A stretch of 64,000 nucleotides of DNA from an uncultured Acidobacteriota bacterium (GTDB lineage Bacteria; Acidobacteriota; UBA6911), in NCBI GenBank assembly GCA_963843575.1, contig CAWJKZ010000013.1, positions 96,001 through 160,000 on the forward strand, read 5' to 3'. Shown here one piece after another: positions 48,634 to 58,241 of the stretch (position 1 is its first letter; each line of letters starts with the position of its first letter). A program made the position numbers and the translations under genes. Below the pieces are notes generated by a model, which worked only from the letters and a program-made list of their open reading frames with translations, had not been told where the DNA came from and did no database searches.

Positions 48634-49836
48634 ATGCACATACTTGTGATGCCGTCGGAGCGATTCGTTGCGGAAGACAACCCCGTCGGGGGGATCTTCC
48701 AGCGGGATCAGGCCCTGGCGCTGCATCGCGCCGGTCTCCGCATCGGGGTCCTTGCCGCGGCTCCGCGCCCTTGGGGGGCGCTCCGCCGTAAACTCACGGG
48801 GTGGCCTTCGGGGATCGAGGTCGGCGTCGAGCAGGGCATAGCGGTCTACCGCTACCAGGGGTGGAATCCCGTCCGTGGACACGTCCGAGTCGTCACCCCT
48901 ATCGCCTGGTCCCGTGGCGGCAGGATGCTGTTTGACCGGTATGTCCGGGAACAGGGTAAACCCGACCTGCTTCACGCCCACAATTCCCTCTTTGCCGGAT
49001 ACCTCGCGGTGCGGCTCGGACAGGAACACGGGATCCCGGTGGTTGTTACGGAGCACTCGACCCGGGTCGCGCTCGGCATGACCCGGCCGTGGGAGGACCG
49101 GCATGTGTTGCGAACCTTGCGGTCTTCCCGGGCCCGGATCTTCGTCAGCTCTGCGCTGGGCCGGGCGCTTGAGGCGAGGTACGGCGATGCGGCAATTCCC
49201 TGGCAGATGATTCCCAACATCCTCGACCGCCTGTTCGAGGTGCCGCTCAGGGAACCCGAGGTGTCAGCAGCCAAGGGAGACCGGTTGCGCATTCTCAACG
49301 TGGCCGGTCTGGTGCCCCGAAAGAACCACTCGGTTTTGCTGCGGGCGTTCGCGCGTGCCTTTTCGACGGAATCGGGCGTTGAGTTGCGCATCGCCGGCGA
49401 CGGACCGTTGCGCTCCCAACTCCAGCGGGAGGCGAGGGGATTGGGGATCGGGCCCCGCGTTGTCTTTCTCGGCGAGGTCGAGCGGGACAAGGTCTTGCGC
49501 GAGATGCAGGCGTGCGACCTGTTCGCCCTCTCGAGCGATTACGAGACGTTCGGGGTAGTCCTGATCGAGGCTCTGGCCTGCGGCAGACCCGTGGTATCGA
49601 CCCGTTGCGGGGGGCCGGAGGATGTCGTTCATGACGGCAACGGCCTGCTCGTGCCTGTCGGGGACGTGGAGGCGCTCGCCCAAGCCCTGCGGGAAATCCG
49701 CGCCAGCATCGCCCGCTACGGCGCCGACGATGTGCGCAGGGATTGCCTCGGGCGTTTCGGCGAGCAGGCCGTCGTCGGGAAACTGACGGGCGTCTACCGC
49801 CAGCTGCTCTGCCCAAACGCTCCTGGCGGCCGATGA
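48634..49836 (+). CDS. Glycosyltransferase family 4
   Basis: PDLLHAH; TEHS; ETFGVVLIEALACG.PVVST.CGGP. Confidence 0.9.
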   Translation: MHILVMPSERFVAEDNPVGGIFQRDQALALHRAGLRIGVLAAAPRPWGALRRKLTGWPSGIEVGVEQGIAVYRYQGWNPVRGHVRVVTPIAWSRGGRMLFDRYVREQGKPDLLHAHNSLFAGYLAVRLGQEHGIPVVVTEHSTRVALGMTRPWEDRHVLRTLRSSRARIFVSSALGRALEARYGDAAIPWQMIPNILDRLFEVPLREPEVSAAKGDRLRILNVAGLVPRKNHSVLLRAFARAFSTESGVELRIAGDGPLRSQLQREARGLGIGPRVVFLGEVERDKVLREMQACDLFALSSDYETFGVVLIEALACGRPVVSTRCGGPEDVVHDGNGLLVPVGDVEALAQALREIRASIARYGADDVRRDCLGRFGEQAVVGKLTGVYRQLLCPNAPGGR

Positions 49837-50115
49837 CCCTGGCTGTTCCGGCCGCGCGGTGCCCGGAGTTTTTTGTTGCCCCGACCGCGCCGGCGCACGT
49901 AGACTCTTGCCCGTAACGTAACTTGCCGATCGCACTACGCCAGGAACTCGCTCAGGGTATTGAGCCCGGCCGCAATATTCTCGCCGTCCACAGAGCGGAT
50001 CATACGGACGACCAACCAGGCTGGAGATGCTCGCGGGAGAGCTTCTGCCGCACTGCGGACGATGTCTTTATTCGGTGTCGGCGACAACGATACATCTTGG
50101 GAGTCGGGCAACTCC

Positions 50116-51072
50116 ATGATTGAGGGCAAGACCGTTTTTATAACCGGAGGCGCAGGCTTTATCGGGGCGACAATCCTCGGCCGCCTGGTAGACCGCAACC
50201 GCGTGGTCGTGTATGACAATCTGACGCGCAACTCGCTGAAAGACAGGGAGTTCAAAGATCATCACAACCTGACCCTCATCAATGGCGACATCCTGGACCC
50301 CGACGCACTCGCCCGTGCCATGGAGGGAGCGGACATCGTTGTGCACTGCGCGGCCATCGCCGGCATCGATACCGTGATCCAGCGTCCGGTCCACACGATG
50401 CGGGTGAACATGGTCGGTTCCGCCAACGTCCTGGAGGCGGCTTCCCGGCTGACGCATTGCGACCGGGTGGTCTGTTTTTCGACCAGCGAGGTGTTCGGGC
50501 AGTATGCCTTCCGGGCTTCCGAGGGCGACAATACGGTTACCGGCAGGATCGGCGAGGCGCGGTGGACTTACGCAGTCAGCAAGCTGGCGGAGGAACACCT
50601 CGCCATTGCGTACCACCAGCAGCAGGGGTTGCCGACGACGGTGGTCCGGCCCTTCAATATATACGGTCCCGGGCAGGTCGGCGAAGGGGCCATGACCATT
50701 TTCATCCAGCGGGCATTGAGAAACCAACCGCTGGAGGTGCACGGCGACGGCACGCAGATACGCGCCTGGTGTTACATCGACGACATGGTGGATGGAGTGC
50801 TTCTGGCCATCATGCACCCGAACGCCGTGGGCGAGTCTTTCAATATCGGCAACCAGGAGGCCATCATCACCATCTACGGGCTCGCGAAAGCCGTCGTGCG
50901 CGTGCTCGGGTCTCGCTCGGAGGTGACTTTCTCGGGGAGAAGCACGATTGACGTGGAACTCCGGGTTCCCGCGGTCAAGAAAGCGCGGGAGTTGCTGGGT
51001 TTCGAGGCGAAGGTCGACCTGGAGTGCGGCATCGGCCGGACGGCCGACTATTACCGGAATCTTGGGACATGA
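50116..51072 (+). CDS. NDP-sugar epimerase/dehydratase (extended SDR)
   Basis: TGGAGFIG, STSEVFG, YAVSK, RPFNIYGPGQ. Confidence 0.88.
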   Translation: MIEGKTVFITGGAGFIGATILGRLVDRNRVVVYDNLTRNSLKDREFKDHHNLTLINGDILDPDALARAMEGADIVVHCAAIAGIDTVIQRPVHTMRVNMVGSANVLEAASRLTHCDRVVCFSTSEVFGQYAFRASEGDNTVTGRIGEARWTYAVSKLAEEHLAIAYHQQQGLPTTVVRPFNIYGPGQVGEGAMTIFIQRALRNQPLEVHGDGTQIRAWCYIDDMVDGVLLAIMHPNAVGESFNIGNQEAIITIYGLAKAVVRVLGSRSEVTFSGRSTIDVELRVPAVKKARELLGFEAKVDLECGIGRTADYYRNLGT

Positions 51073-52250
51073 TTCGGCTGACCATACCTTCCATTGAAGA
51101 CGACGACCTGAATGCCGTCCGCGAGGTTCTGGCTACGGGGTACCTGGTCCAGGGTGCGCGGGTTGCCGCTTTCGAGGAGAGTGTCGCGTCACGCGTCGGC
51201 ACCCGGTACGCCGTCGCGGTCAGCAGCTGCACTGCCGCCCTGCACCTGACGCTGCTCGCCCTGAACGTGCGCCCCGGCGACATCGTCGTCGTTACCGCTT
51301 ATTCCTTCGTGGCGACGGCGAATGCGATCGAGTTGTGCGGAGCGCTCCCCGTGTTCGTCGATATTCAGCCGGACACGTTCAACATCGATCCCTCCGGCCT
51401 CGGGCTCGCCTTGGACCGCCTCATGGCCGAGCGCGATTCCGCCTGCCGGGTGAGAGCGATCCTGCCGGTGCACGCCTTCGGCCACACCGCGGACATGCCC
51501 GCCATCATGCAGGCCGCGGGCAGGTACTCCCTGCCGGTCATCGAGGACGCCGCTTGCGCGCTGGGCTCGGAGACGGGGGGCAGAAGGGCGGGCAGCTGGG
51601 GAAAGGCGGGGTGCTTCAGCTTTCACCCCCGCAAGGCCGTCACCACGGGCGAAGGCGGGATGATCACGACCGACGACGAGCGGCTGGTTCGGGATCTGAA
51701 GGCACGGCGGAATCACGGGCAGGACCCTTCCACGGGCACTACGGATTTCATCATGCCCGGATTCAATTACCGGCTGACCGAGTTCCAGGCAGCGCTTGGT
51801 CTGACACAGATGTCCAAGCTCGATCGGATCATCGCCAGACGCCGGGAACTGGCGGAGAACTACGACCGACTGCTTGCCGGGATGCCCGTCAGGCCCCCGG
51901 CCCGCCGCGGCAACCGGCACGTGTTTCAGTCCTATGTCCTCCTCCTCGATCCGGCCTATGCGGACCGGCGGACGGAGATCATCGCACAGCTCAAAGCAGG
52001 CGGCGTGGAATCGACCATCGGCACCTGGCACATCCCCCTGACCACCTACTACCGGCGCAAATACGGCTACCAGCCCGGCGATTTCCCCAACGCCGACCTG
52101 GTTTTCAGGAGTTCGCTTTCATTGCCCATGTATGAGTCCCTGACCCTTGAGCAGCAGCAGGAGATCGTGCGGCTGCTGCAGCTGGTGCTGGACGGTCAGG
52201 GTTCCCTGCGATCGCACACCGGGAATCCCGAAGTGCGGCGGCCTCTCTAA
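51069..52250 (+). CDS. DegT/DnrJ/EryC1/StrS PLP-dependent sugar aminotransferase
   Basis: SSCTAALH; IEDAACALG; SFHPRK..TTGEGG; GFNYR. Confidence 0.92.
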   Translation: MIRLTIPSIEDDDLNAVREVLATGYLVQGARVAAFEESVASRVGTRYAVAVSSCTAALHLTLLALNVRPGDIVVVTAYSFVATANAIELCGALPVFVDIQPDTFNIDPSGLGLALDRLMAERDSACRVRAILPVHAFGHTADMPAIMQAAGRYSLPVIEDAACALGSETGGRRAGSWGKAGCFSFHPRKAVTTGEGGMITTDDERLVRDLKARRNHGQDPSTGTTDFIMPGFNYRLTEFQAALGLTQMSKLDRIIARRRELAENYDRLLAGMPVRPPARRGNRHVFQSYVLLLDPAYADRRTEIIAQLKAGGVESTIGTWHIPLTTYYRRKYGYQPGDFPNADLVFRSSLSLPMYESLTLEQQQEIVRLLQLVLDGQGSLRSHTGNPEVRRPL

Positions 52251-52402
52251 CCGGGGACTGGTTTTGCCTTGAGCGGTCATATCTCATCAGCGGCGCTTCC
52301 GGTATCCACGGCGGATGAGCCGGGAGGCTCCTGTCCGCGGCGGGGCGCATTGTGCTCTCCCGGCTGCTCGGGCCCGGCCGGTCGGCCAGATATGAGCGTT
52401 TC

Positions 52403-53080
52403 ATGAAGTTGGCGGTACTGTCGGACATCCACGCGAACCTGCCGGCCCTCGATGCGGTGCTGCGCCATGTCCCGTCGCCCGACGCTTTCCTGTGCTGCGG
52501 CGACCTGGTCGGCTACTACCCCGACGCGAACGAAGTCTGCGACCGGTTGCGCTCCATCGGCGCGCACGTCATCCGCGGCAACCACGACGCGTATGTCACG
52601 GGACAGCTTGAGCCGGATCCGGTAAAATCGCCGCTGTATCGAACGGAATGGACGAGGGAACACCTTCAGAAGAAGCACCTCGCCTGGTTGCGCGCACTCC
52701 CGGCCGAGCTTCGGTTCGACTGGGACTCGCTCCGGATCACCATGCGCCACGCAAGTCCGTGGGACGAGGAAACCTATCTGTATGAGGACAGCCCGGCACT
52801 CGGAGCCGTCAAGACGGGCGCCGGAGACCTCCTGATCCTGGGCCACACGCACCGTCCTATGTTGAAGCGCACCCCTGACTGCTCGGTGCTCAATCCCGGC
52901 TCGGTCGGTCAGCCGCGGGACTGGGATCCGCGCGCGAGCTATGCCACGGTTGACACGAAAAGCGGGGAGGTCGGCCTCCATCGGGTTGTCTACGATTTTC
53001 CCGCTCTTCAGCGGCGCTTGCGGGCGCTGGCCTGGGAGCGGGAAACCATCGACATCCTGGGCCGGGAGAAAGTGCTCTAA
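52403..53080 (+). CDS. Calcineurin-like metallophosphoesterase (YfcE-like)
   Basis: SDIHAN, GDLVGY, GNHD, GHTH, NPGSVGQPRD. Confidence 0.9.
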   Translation: MKLAVLSDIHANLPALDAVLRHVPSPDAFLCCGDLVGYYPDANEVCDRLRSIGAHVIRGNHDAYVTGQLEPDPVKSPLYRTEWTREHLQKKHLAWLRALPAELRFDWDSLRITMRHASPWDEETYLYEDSPALGAVKTGAGDLLILGHTHRPMLKRTPDCSVLNPGSVGQPRDWDPRASYATVDTKSGEVGLHRVVYDFPALQRRLRALAWERETIDILGREKVL

Positions 53081-54141
53081 TGACGGGGATCGTCCGGGTG
53101 CTGGTGACGGGTGTTTCCGGGGGTAGTATCGGCGAACAGGTCTGCAAGGCCCTGCGCTGCGGGCGCAGGTCTTACGAGATTGTCGCCGCGAACACCTCGC
53201 TCCCAGCCATGGCAGCCGTCCGGGCGGAACACTACGAAATTCTCCCCCCCGCGGACGCCGCGGATTACCCGGAGAAGTTGAGGGAGGTCCTGTCCCGGCG
53301 CCAGATCCACTTCCTCGTGCCCGGCAGCGAGCCGGAACTGATCCGAATATCGGAGGACCACGACCAGTTTGTCCCGGCTGGACTGCCGATCCTCATCAAT
53401 TCGACCGGGGCCATCCGCATCTGCGTGGACAAGTGCGCGACCGCGCGGTTTCTGGCCGGCCGCGGGTTCCCGGTCCCCGCAACCCTGCAAATCGAATCTG
53501 CCGCCGACGTGGCGGGCCTGGAGGCCTTCCCCTACATAGTCAAGCCGGTGCGCGGCGGTGGGTCCGCCTCCACATTTCTGGCCCAGGATGCCGCGGAACT
53601 GCAGTTTTTCGCCGAGTACCTCGTCAAGTACGGGCGAAAGGCGGTCGTTCAGGAGTATTTCGGCAGCCCCGACGAGGAATACACGGTCGGGGTGCTGCAC
53701 TATCCCGACGGCACGCTGTCCGGTTCGGTTGTCCTGCACCGCAGCATTCTCGACGGCCTCTCCAACCGGCTCAAGTTGCCGAACCGCACCGGCAGGGGGG
53801 AGCTGGGAAGCACGCTCGCCGTATCTTCGGGCATCTCGCAAGGCCGCATCGTGTCGTGCGAACCCATAAGCAGTCAGTGCGAGGCGATAGCCCGCGCCCT
53901 CGGTTCCACCGGACCGCTGAACATCCAGGGGCGCTGGTTCAACGGCACGTTCATGCCCTTCGAGATCAACCCCCGGTTTTCCGGGACGACACCGATGCGG
54001 GCCCAAGCCGGTTTTAACGAGCCCGAGTTGCTGATCGACTGGCACAGGGGCGAACGCGACCGGGCCTGTCCGCGGATCCGCTACGGCGTTTTTTCCAGGG
54101 GACTCGTCGAATGCTTCACCGAAGATCCGCCGCCAGCCTGA
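53080..54141 (+). CDS. ATP-grasp ligase (CarB-like)
   Basis: VPGSEPEL, DK..T..FL, IVKP..GGGS, VQEY, EYTV, EINPRFSGT. Confidence 0.85.
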   Translation: MTGIVRVLVTGVSGGSIGEQVCKALRCGRRSYEIVAANTSLPAMAAVRAEHYEILPPADAADYPEKLREVLSRRQIHFLVPGSEPELIRISEDHDQFVPAGLPILINSTGAIRICVDKCATARFLAGRGFPVPATLQIESAADVAGLEAFPYIVKPVRGGGSASTFLAQDAAELQFFAEYLVKYGRKAVVQEYFGSPDEEYTVGVLHYPDGTLSGSVVLHRSILDGLSNRLKLPNRTGRGELGSTLAVSSGISQGRIVSCEPISSQCEAIARALGSTGPLNIQGRWFNGTFMPFEINPRFSGTTPMRAQAGFNEPELLIDWHRGERDRACPRIRYGVFSRGLVECFTEDPPPA

Positions 54142-54151
54142 GGAGCGTCGA

Positions 54152-54769
54152 ATGATTGTGATCGTCGATTACGGGATGGGAAACCTCGGCTCCATCCTGA
54201 ACATGCTGCGCAGGGTGGGTGCGGAGGCGATGGTCTCCTCCCGGGTCGCGGATATCGAGTCGGCCGCGAAACTGGTGCTTCCCGGCGTGGGGTCATTTGA
54301 CGCCGGCATGCGCCGCCTGAGGGAGCTTGGGCTGGTGGACGTCCTGAGTGAAAAAGTCCTGCGGCTCAAGACGCCCACGCTGGGCGTGTGTCTCGGCATG
54401 CAGCTCCTGACGACTTCGAGCGAAGAGGGGACCGAGCCGGGGCTCGGCTGGATCGAGGCGCGCACGGTAAGGTTCCGCTTCGAGGGAGAGCAGTCGAGAC
54501 TGAAAATCCCGCACATGGGCTGGAACACGGTGACCATCCGGAAGAAGGCGAACCTCTTCGCGGGCATGGACGATCAGAGCCGCTTCTACTTCGTGCATTC
54601 TTACCACGTCGTGTGTGATGACCCGGAAGACGTCGCCGCAACCACCGAGTACGGCTACGAGTTCGTCTCGGCGGTCGAGCGGGGCAATATTACGGGCGCG
54701 CAGTTTCATCCCGAGAAAAGCCACCGGTTCGGCATGAAGGTCTACACGAATTTCGTGAGTGCGTGCTGA
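54152..54769 (+). CDS. hisH: HisH-like glutamine amidotransferase (polysaccharide-associated, WbuY-type)
   Basis: DYGMGN, PGVG, GVCLGMQ, YFVHSY, QFHPEKS. Confidence 0.88.
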   Translation: MIVIVDYGMGNLGSILNMLRRVGAEAMVSSRVADIESAAKLVLPGVGSFDAGMRRLRELGLVDVLSEKVLRLKTPTLGVCLGMQLLTTSSEEGTEPGLGWIEARTVRFRFEGEQSRLKIPHMGWNTVTIRKKANLFAGMDDQSRFYFVHSYHVVCDDPEDVAATTEYGYEFVSAVERGNITGAQFHPEKSHRFGMKVYTNFVSAC

Positions 54770-54770
54770 T

Positions 54771-55532
54771 ATGCTGAAGACCCGCGTCATGCCATGCTTG
54801 CTGCTGCAGGAAGGCTCGCTGGTCAAGACCGTGCGGTTCAGGGACCCGTCTTATGTCGGGGATCCGGTCAACGCCATCCGGATCTACAACGAGAAGGAAG
54901 TCGACGAGCTCATTTTCCTCGACATCGGCGCCACCCGGGAAGATCGCCGTCCGCCCTTCAAGATCCTCTCCGAGATTGCCAGCGAGTGCTTCATGCCGGT
55001 GGCCTACGGCGGCGGGGTGCGCGACCTCGACGACATCCGCACCATCTTCAGTCTGGGGATAGAAAAGGTCGCGATAAACACGCACGCCGTGGAAGATCCG
55101 AATTTCATACGGGAGGCGGCGGCCAGGTTCGGCAGCCAAAGCATCGTCGCGTCGATCGATGCCAGGAAGAAGCTGTTCGGCGGGTACGAAGCTTACACTC
55201 GCGGCGGGCGCAAGGCGACCGGACTGGACGCCGCGGCGCTGGCGAGGCGGATGGAGGCGGCGGGGGCCGGTGAAATCCTGCTGACCTCGATCGACCGCGA
55301 CGGGACACAGACGGGGTACGATCTGGCGCTCCTGCAGCGCGTCGCCCCCGCCGTCAATATCCCCGTGATCGCCTGCGGCGGTGCGGGACGCGTGGAGGAC
55401 TTCGGGGCTGCCGTCAAACAGGGCGGAGCCTCGGCTTGTGCCGCCGGCAGCATGGTCGTCTACTTCGGCCGGAACCGCGCGGTCCTGATCAATTTCCCGA
55501 GCCGCGCCGAACTCGAGGCCACGCTGGGTTGA
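54771..55532 (+). CDS. hisF: HisF-like cyclase paralogue (AglZ/HisF2, WbuZ-type)
   Basis: LVKT..F..P.YVGDP.NA..IYNEKEVDE; ECFMP..YGGG; SIDRDGT. Confidence 0.88.
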   Translation: MLKTRVMPCLLLQEGSLVKTVRFRDPSYVGDPVNAIRIYNEKEVDELIFLDIGATREDRRPPFKILSEIASECFMPVAYGGGVRDLDDIRTIFSLGIEKVAINTHAVEDPNFIREAAARFGSQSIVASIDARKKLFGGYEAYTRGGRKATGLDAAALARRMEAAGAGEILLTSIDRDGTQTGYDLALLQRVAPAVNIPVIACGGAGRVEDFGAAVKQGGASACAAGSMVVYFGRNRAVLINFPSRAELEATLG

Positions 55533-55596
55533 GCGGTCGACCGATGTGATCATCCGGCTCGCTCCGAACCAGGGCTCTCTGCCGGAGTCATTGAGC

Positions 55597-56751
55597 ATGC
55601 GTGTTTTCATCGGGGTGTCCGAGATCGCGAATCTCGTCAACTCGTACCGTGCCGGGTTCGAGCAGCTCGGCTGGGAGACCTACACCGTCGTCGCTCGCAG
55701 CAACCCCCTGTACCCGGAAAACCGGTACGACGTCGTGCTTTTGGGGCCGGACGGTTCCGCGCCTGCCTCGTGGACCGGGCGGGCCGCACGATCGCTCAGG
55801 GCCCGCCTCCGTTCCTGCCATTGCTTTCTCAGGGGGCTGCGGACATGCGACCTGTTCATTTACAACACGGGAGGATCGCTGCTGCCCGCCTACCTGGACT
55901 ATGTCCTGATCCGGCTGCTGGGCAAGCGCCTTGTGGTCATGTTCGTGGGGAGCGAGATCCGTCATTGGTATGCCTACCAGTGCGAGATGGACGCGCTGGG
56001 GAGAACCGAGACGGTTCGTCCCTTTATCGACGCCATCCGGGACCAGCGCTACGGCTCGTACCGCCAGATGCTCCGCCGTATCGCGGCCGCGGAGCGCCAC
56101 GCCCACCTGATCCTGTCGCAACCCGGCCACGGCCAGCTGCAGAAGCGTCCCTACATGCGGGTCAACGTCGCGCTCGACCTCCGCAGGTTCCGGTTCAACG
56201 TGCCGGCGCGTGAAACGCCGCTGATTCTGCACGCTCCGAGCAGCCGGGGCATCAAAGGCACGGAATACGTCCTGCCCGCCGTCGAACGGCTGCGGGCGGA
56301 GGGTCTCAGGTTCGAATTCAGGCTGATCGAGCGGATCGCTCACACCCAGTTGTGCGAGCTGTTGTCGGAATCCGACATCGTCGTGGACGAACTCTTCAGC
56401 GACACGGTCGGGGTTCTTTCGACGGAGGCGATGGCGACAGGCAACGCGGTGTTGACGAGCTATATGCGCGATTACGCGAGGGTGCCGGCCGGCTGCCCGG
56501 TTGTCAACGTCGACAAGGACAGCGTCACAGACGAGCTCCGGCGCGTCATCCTTGACGTGGAGGTGCGGCGAGAACTCGCCCGCAGCGGGCGCCGGTACGT
56601 GGAACAGCATCACGATGCCGCTAAAGTGGCGGGACAGGTGCTTGCCTGGCTGGAGCCCGGCCGCATCACCGAGTACGATTTCACGCCCGTGTTTTATCGC
56701 GACTTCCGCATGCCCGCAGGTATCGCGGGATCGGATCGGGAGCGACGATGA
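55597..56751 (+). CDS. GT-B fold glycosyltransferase
   Basis: HAPS.RGIKGT; DIVVDE; EAMA.G; R.YVE..HD. Confidence 0.75.
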   Translation: MRVFIGVSEIANLVNSYRAGFEQLGWETYTVVARSNPLYPENRYDVVLLGPDGSAPASWTGRAARSLRARLRSCHCFLRGLRTCDLFIYNTGGSLLPAYLDYVLIRLLGKRLVVMFVGSEIRHWYAYQCEMDALGRTETVRPFIDAIRDQRYGSYRQMLRRIAAAERHAHLILSQPGHGQLQKRPYMRVNVALDLRRFRFNVPARETPLILHAPSSRGIKGTEYVLPAVERLRAEGLRFEFRLIERIAHTQLCELLSESDIVVDELFSDTVGVLSTEAMATGNAVLTSYMRDYARVPAGCPVVNVDKDSVTDELRRVILDVEVRRELARSGRRYVEQHHDAAKVAGQVLAWLEPGRITEYDFTPVFYRDFRMPAGIAGSDRERR

Positions 56752-58241
56752 AACCCGGAGCGCTGATCGCGAGGCTCGGCAAGGACACCCTGGTCTATGG
56801 GCTGAGCAGCGCCATCCAGAAATTCATCGTCTTCCTGCTCTTCCCGATCTACACACGCCTCCTGAGCCAGTCGGATTTCGGAGTCCAGGACTTGGTCGTT
56901 ACCTCGGTCGCCCTGGTCGGGATGCTCCTGGTGCTCGGCATGGATTCGGGCGCGATGCTCTCTTACTACTCCGCCGACGAGGCCGGCAGGAGTGGCATTC
57001 GTTCCTCCTGGTTGTGGGCGGAACTCCTGCTCGCCGTCCCCGTCTGCGCGCTGCTGTGGTTTGCCGCGGTACCGCTGTGCTCTCTCCTTTTCAGCAATCC
57101 AGAAATCGCGCCGTACTTCCGGCTGGGGGTCCTTTCCATCCCCTTCTCGCAGGGCGTGCGCGCGATCATGCTCGTGATGCGCCTGAGGTTTCAGACCGCC
57201 AGGTTCCTGCTGCTCTCGGTTTTCGGCGTCCTTGTTCAGGTCGGAGGAGCCATCCTGATGGTCGGGGTGTGGCGGATGGGGGTGCGCGGCGTCTTTCTGG
57301 CGATCCTGATCGCGAATGCCGCCCAGATGGCGCTCGGCCTGATCGTGTCCGCCGGCAGCTTCCGGCTGGACATCTCCATGCGATGGCTGAGGTCGATGCT
57401 TCGGGTCGGGTTGCCGCTCGTGCCGGCGGCGCTCTCGGTCTGGGTCCTGAACTACTCGAACCGCTACTTCCTCGTGCGTTACGGCACCCTCGCCGACGTC
57501 GGCCTGCTCGGTGTCGCGGTCCGGATCAGCAGCATCCTGCTTTTCCTGCTCTCGGCCTTCGAGACGGCCTGGGGCCCGTTTGCCTACTCCCTCGCGGAGG
57601 ACAAAGAACTTGCCCGGCGAACCTACGCGAAGGCGCTGACCTACTTTCTGCTGACGTCCCTGGTCGGCGCCGCCCTCCTGTCCGTCTTCGGTCGCGAGGT
57701 CACCCTCATGCTTGCGACCGAGTCGTACGAAGGATCGGCGGATCTGATCCCCATCTACTGCTATAGCGCCATTTCGTGGGCTTCCGCTTACATCGTGGGG
57801 ATGGGGACCGGCATCGCCCGCAGGACATACCACAGTACGGTGGCCGCGAGCCTGGGTGCCGCCGTGAACATCGCCCTCAATTTCCTGGTGATCCCGGGTT
57901 GGGGAATCGCCGGCGCCGCAGTGGCGACCCTGGTCGGGAACCTTGTATCCCTCACCTACATGTACGTGGCCGGGCAGCACTACTTTCCGGTGCAATACGA
58001 GACGGGCCGCATAACGAGGCTCGTGGCCGCCGCGACCATCGCAATCGGCCTGGCGCTGCTGATCGACTACCTCCGTTTCGCCACCCTCTCCCAGGGAGTG
58101 GTCATCAAGACCGGGATCTGTGCCGCATTCGGCGCCAGCCTGTTCCTTTTGCGCGTTCTGGGCCGGGAGGACTTGAGCGTCGCCTGGGCCCTGGTACAGG
58201 CCAAGTTCGGGGGAAGCCTGGCGGAGGAGGACCGGTTGTGA
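56748..58241 (+). CDS. wzx: Polysaccharide flippase
   Basis: 12-14 TM segments; PIYTRLLS..DFG; NRYFL; LNF..IP.WG..GAA.AT. Confidence 0.85.
   Translation: MKPGALIARLGKDTLVYGLSSAIQKFIVFLLFPIYTRLLSQSDFGVQDLVVTSVALVGMLLVLGMDSGAMLSYYSADEAGRSGIRSSWLWAELLLAVPVCALLWFAAVPLCSLLFSNPEIAPYFRLGVLSIPFSQGVRAIMLVMRLRFQTARFLLLSVFGVLVQVGGAILMVGVWRMGVRGVFLAILIANAAQMALGLIVSAGSFRLDISMRWLRSMLRVGLPLVPAALSVWVLNYSNRYFLVRYGTLADVGLLGVAVRISSILLFLLSAFETAWGPFAYSLAEDKELARRTYAKALTYFLLTSLVGAALLSVFGREVTLMLATESYEGSADLIPIYCYSAISWASAYIVGMGTGIARRTYHSTVAASLGAAVNIALNFLVIPGWGIAGAAVATLVGNLVSLTYMYVAGQHYFPVQYETGRITRLVAAATIAIGLALLIDYLRFATLSQGVVIKTGICAAFGASLFLLRVLGREDLSVAWALVQAKFGGSLAEEDRL

Noticed and set aside
54152-55532. hisH/hisF as a histidine biosynthesis operon
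   Set aside because: No other his genes; the motifs and context match the glycan-modification paralogues.
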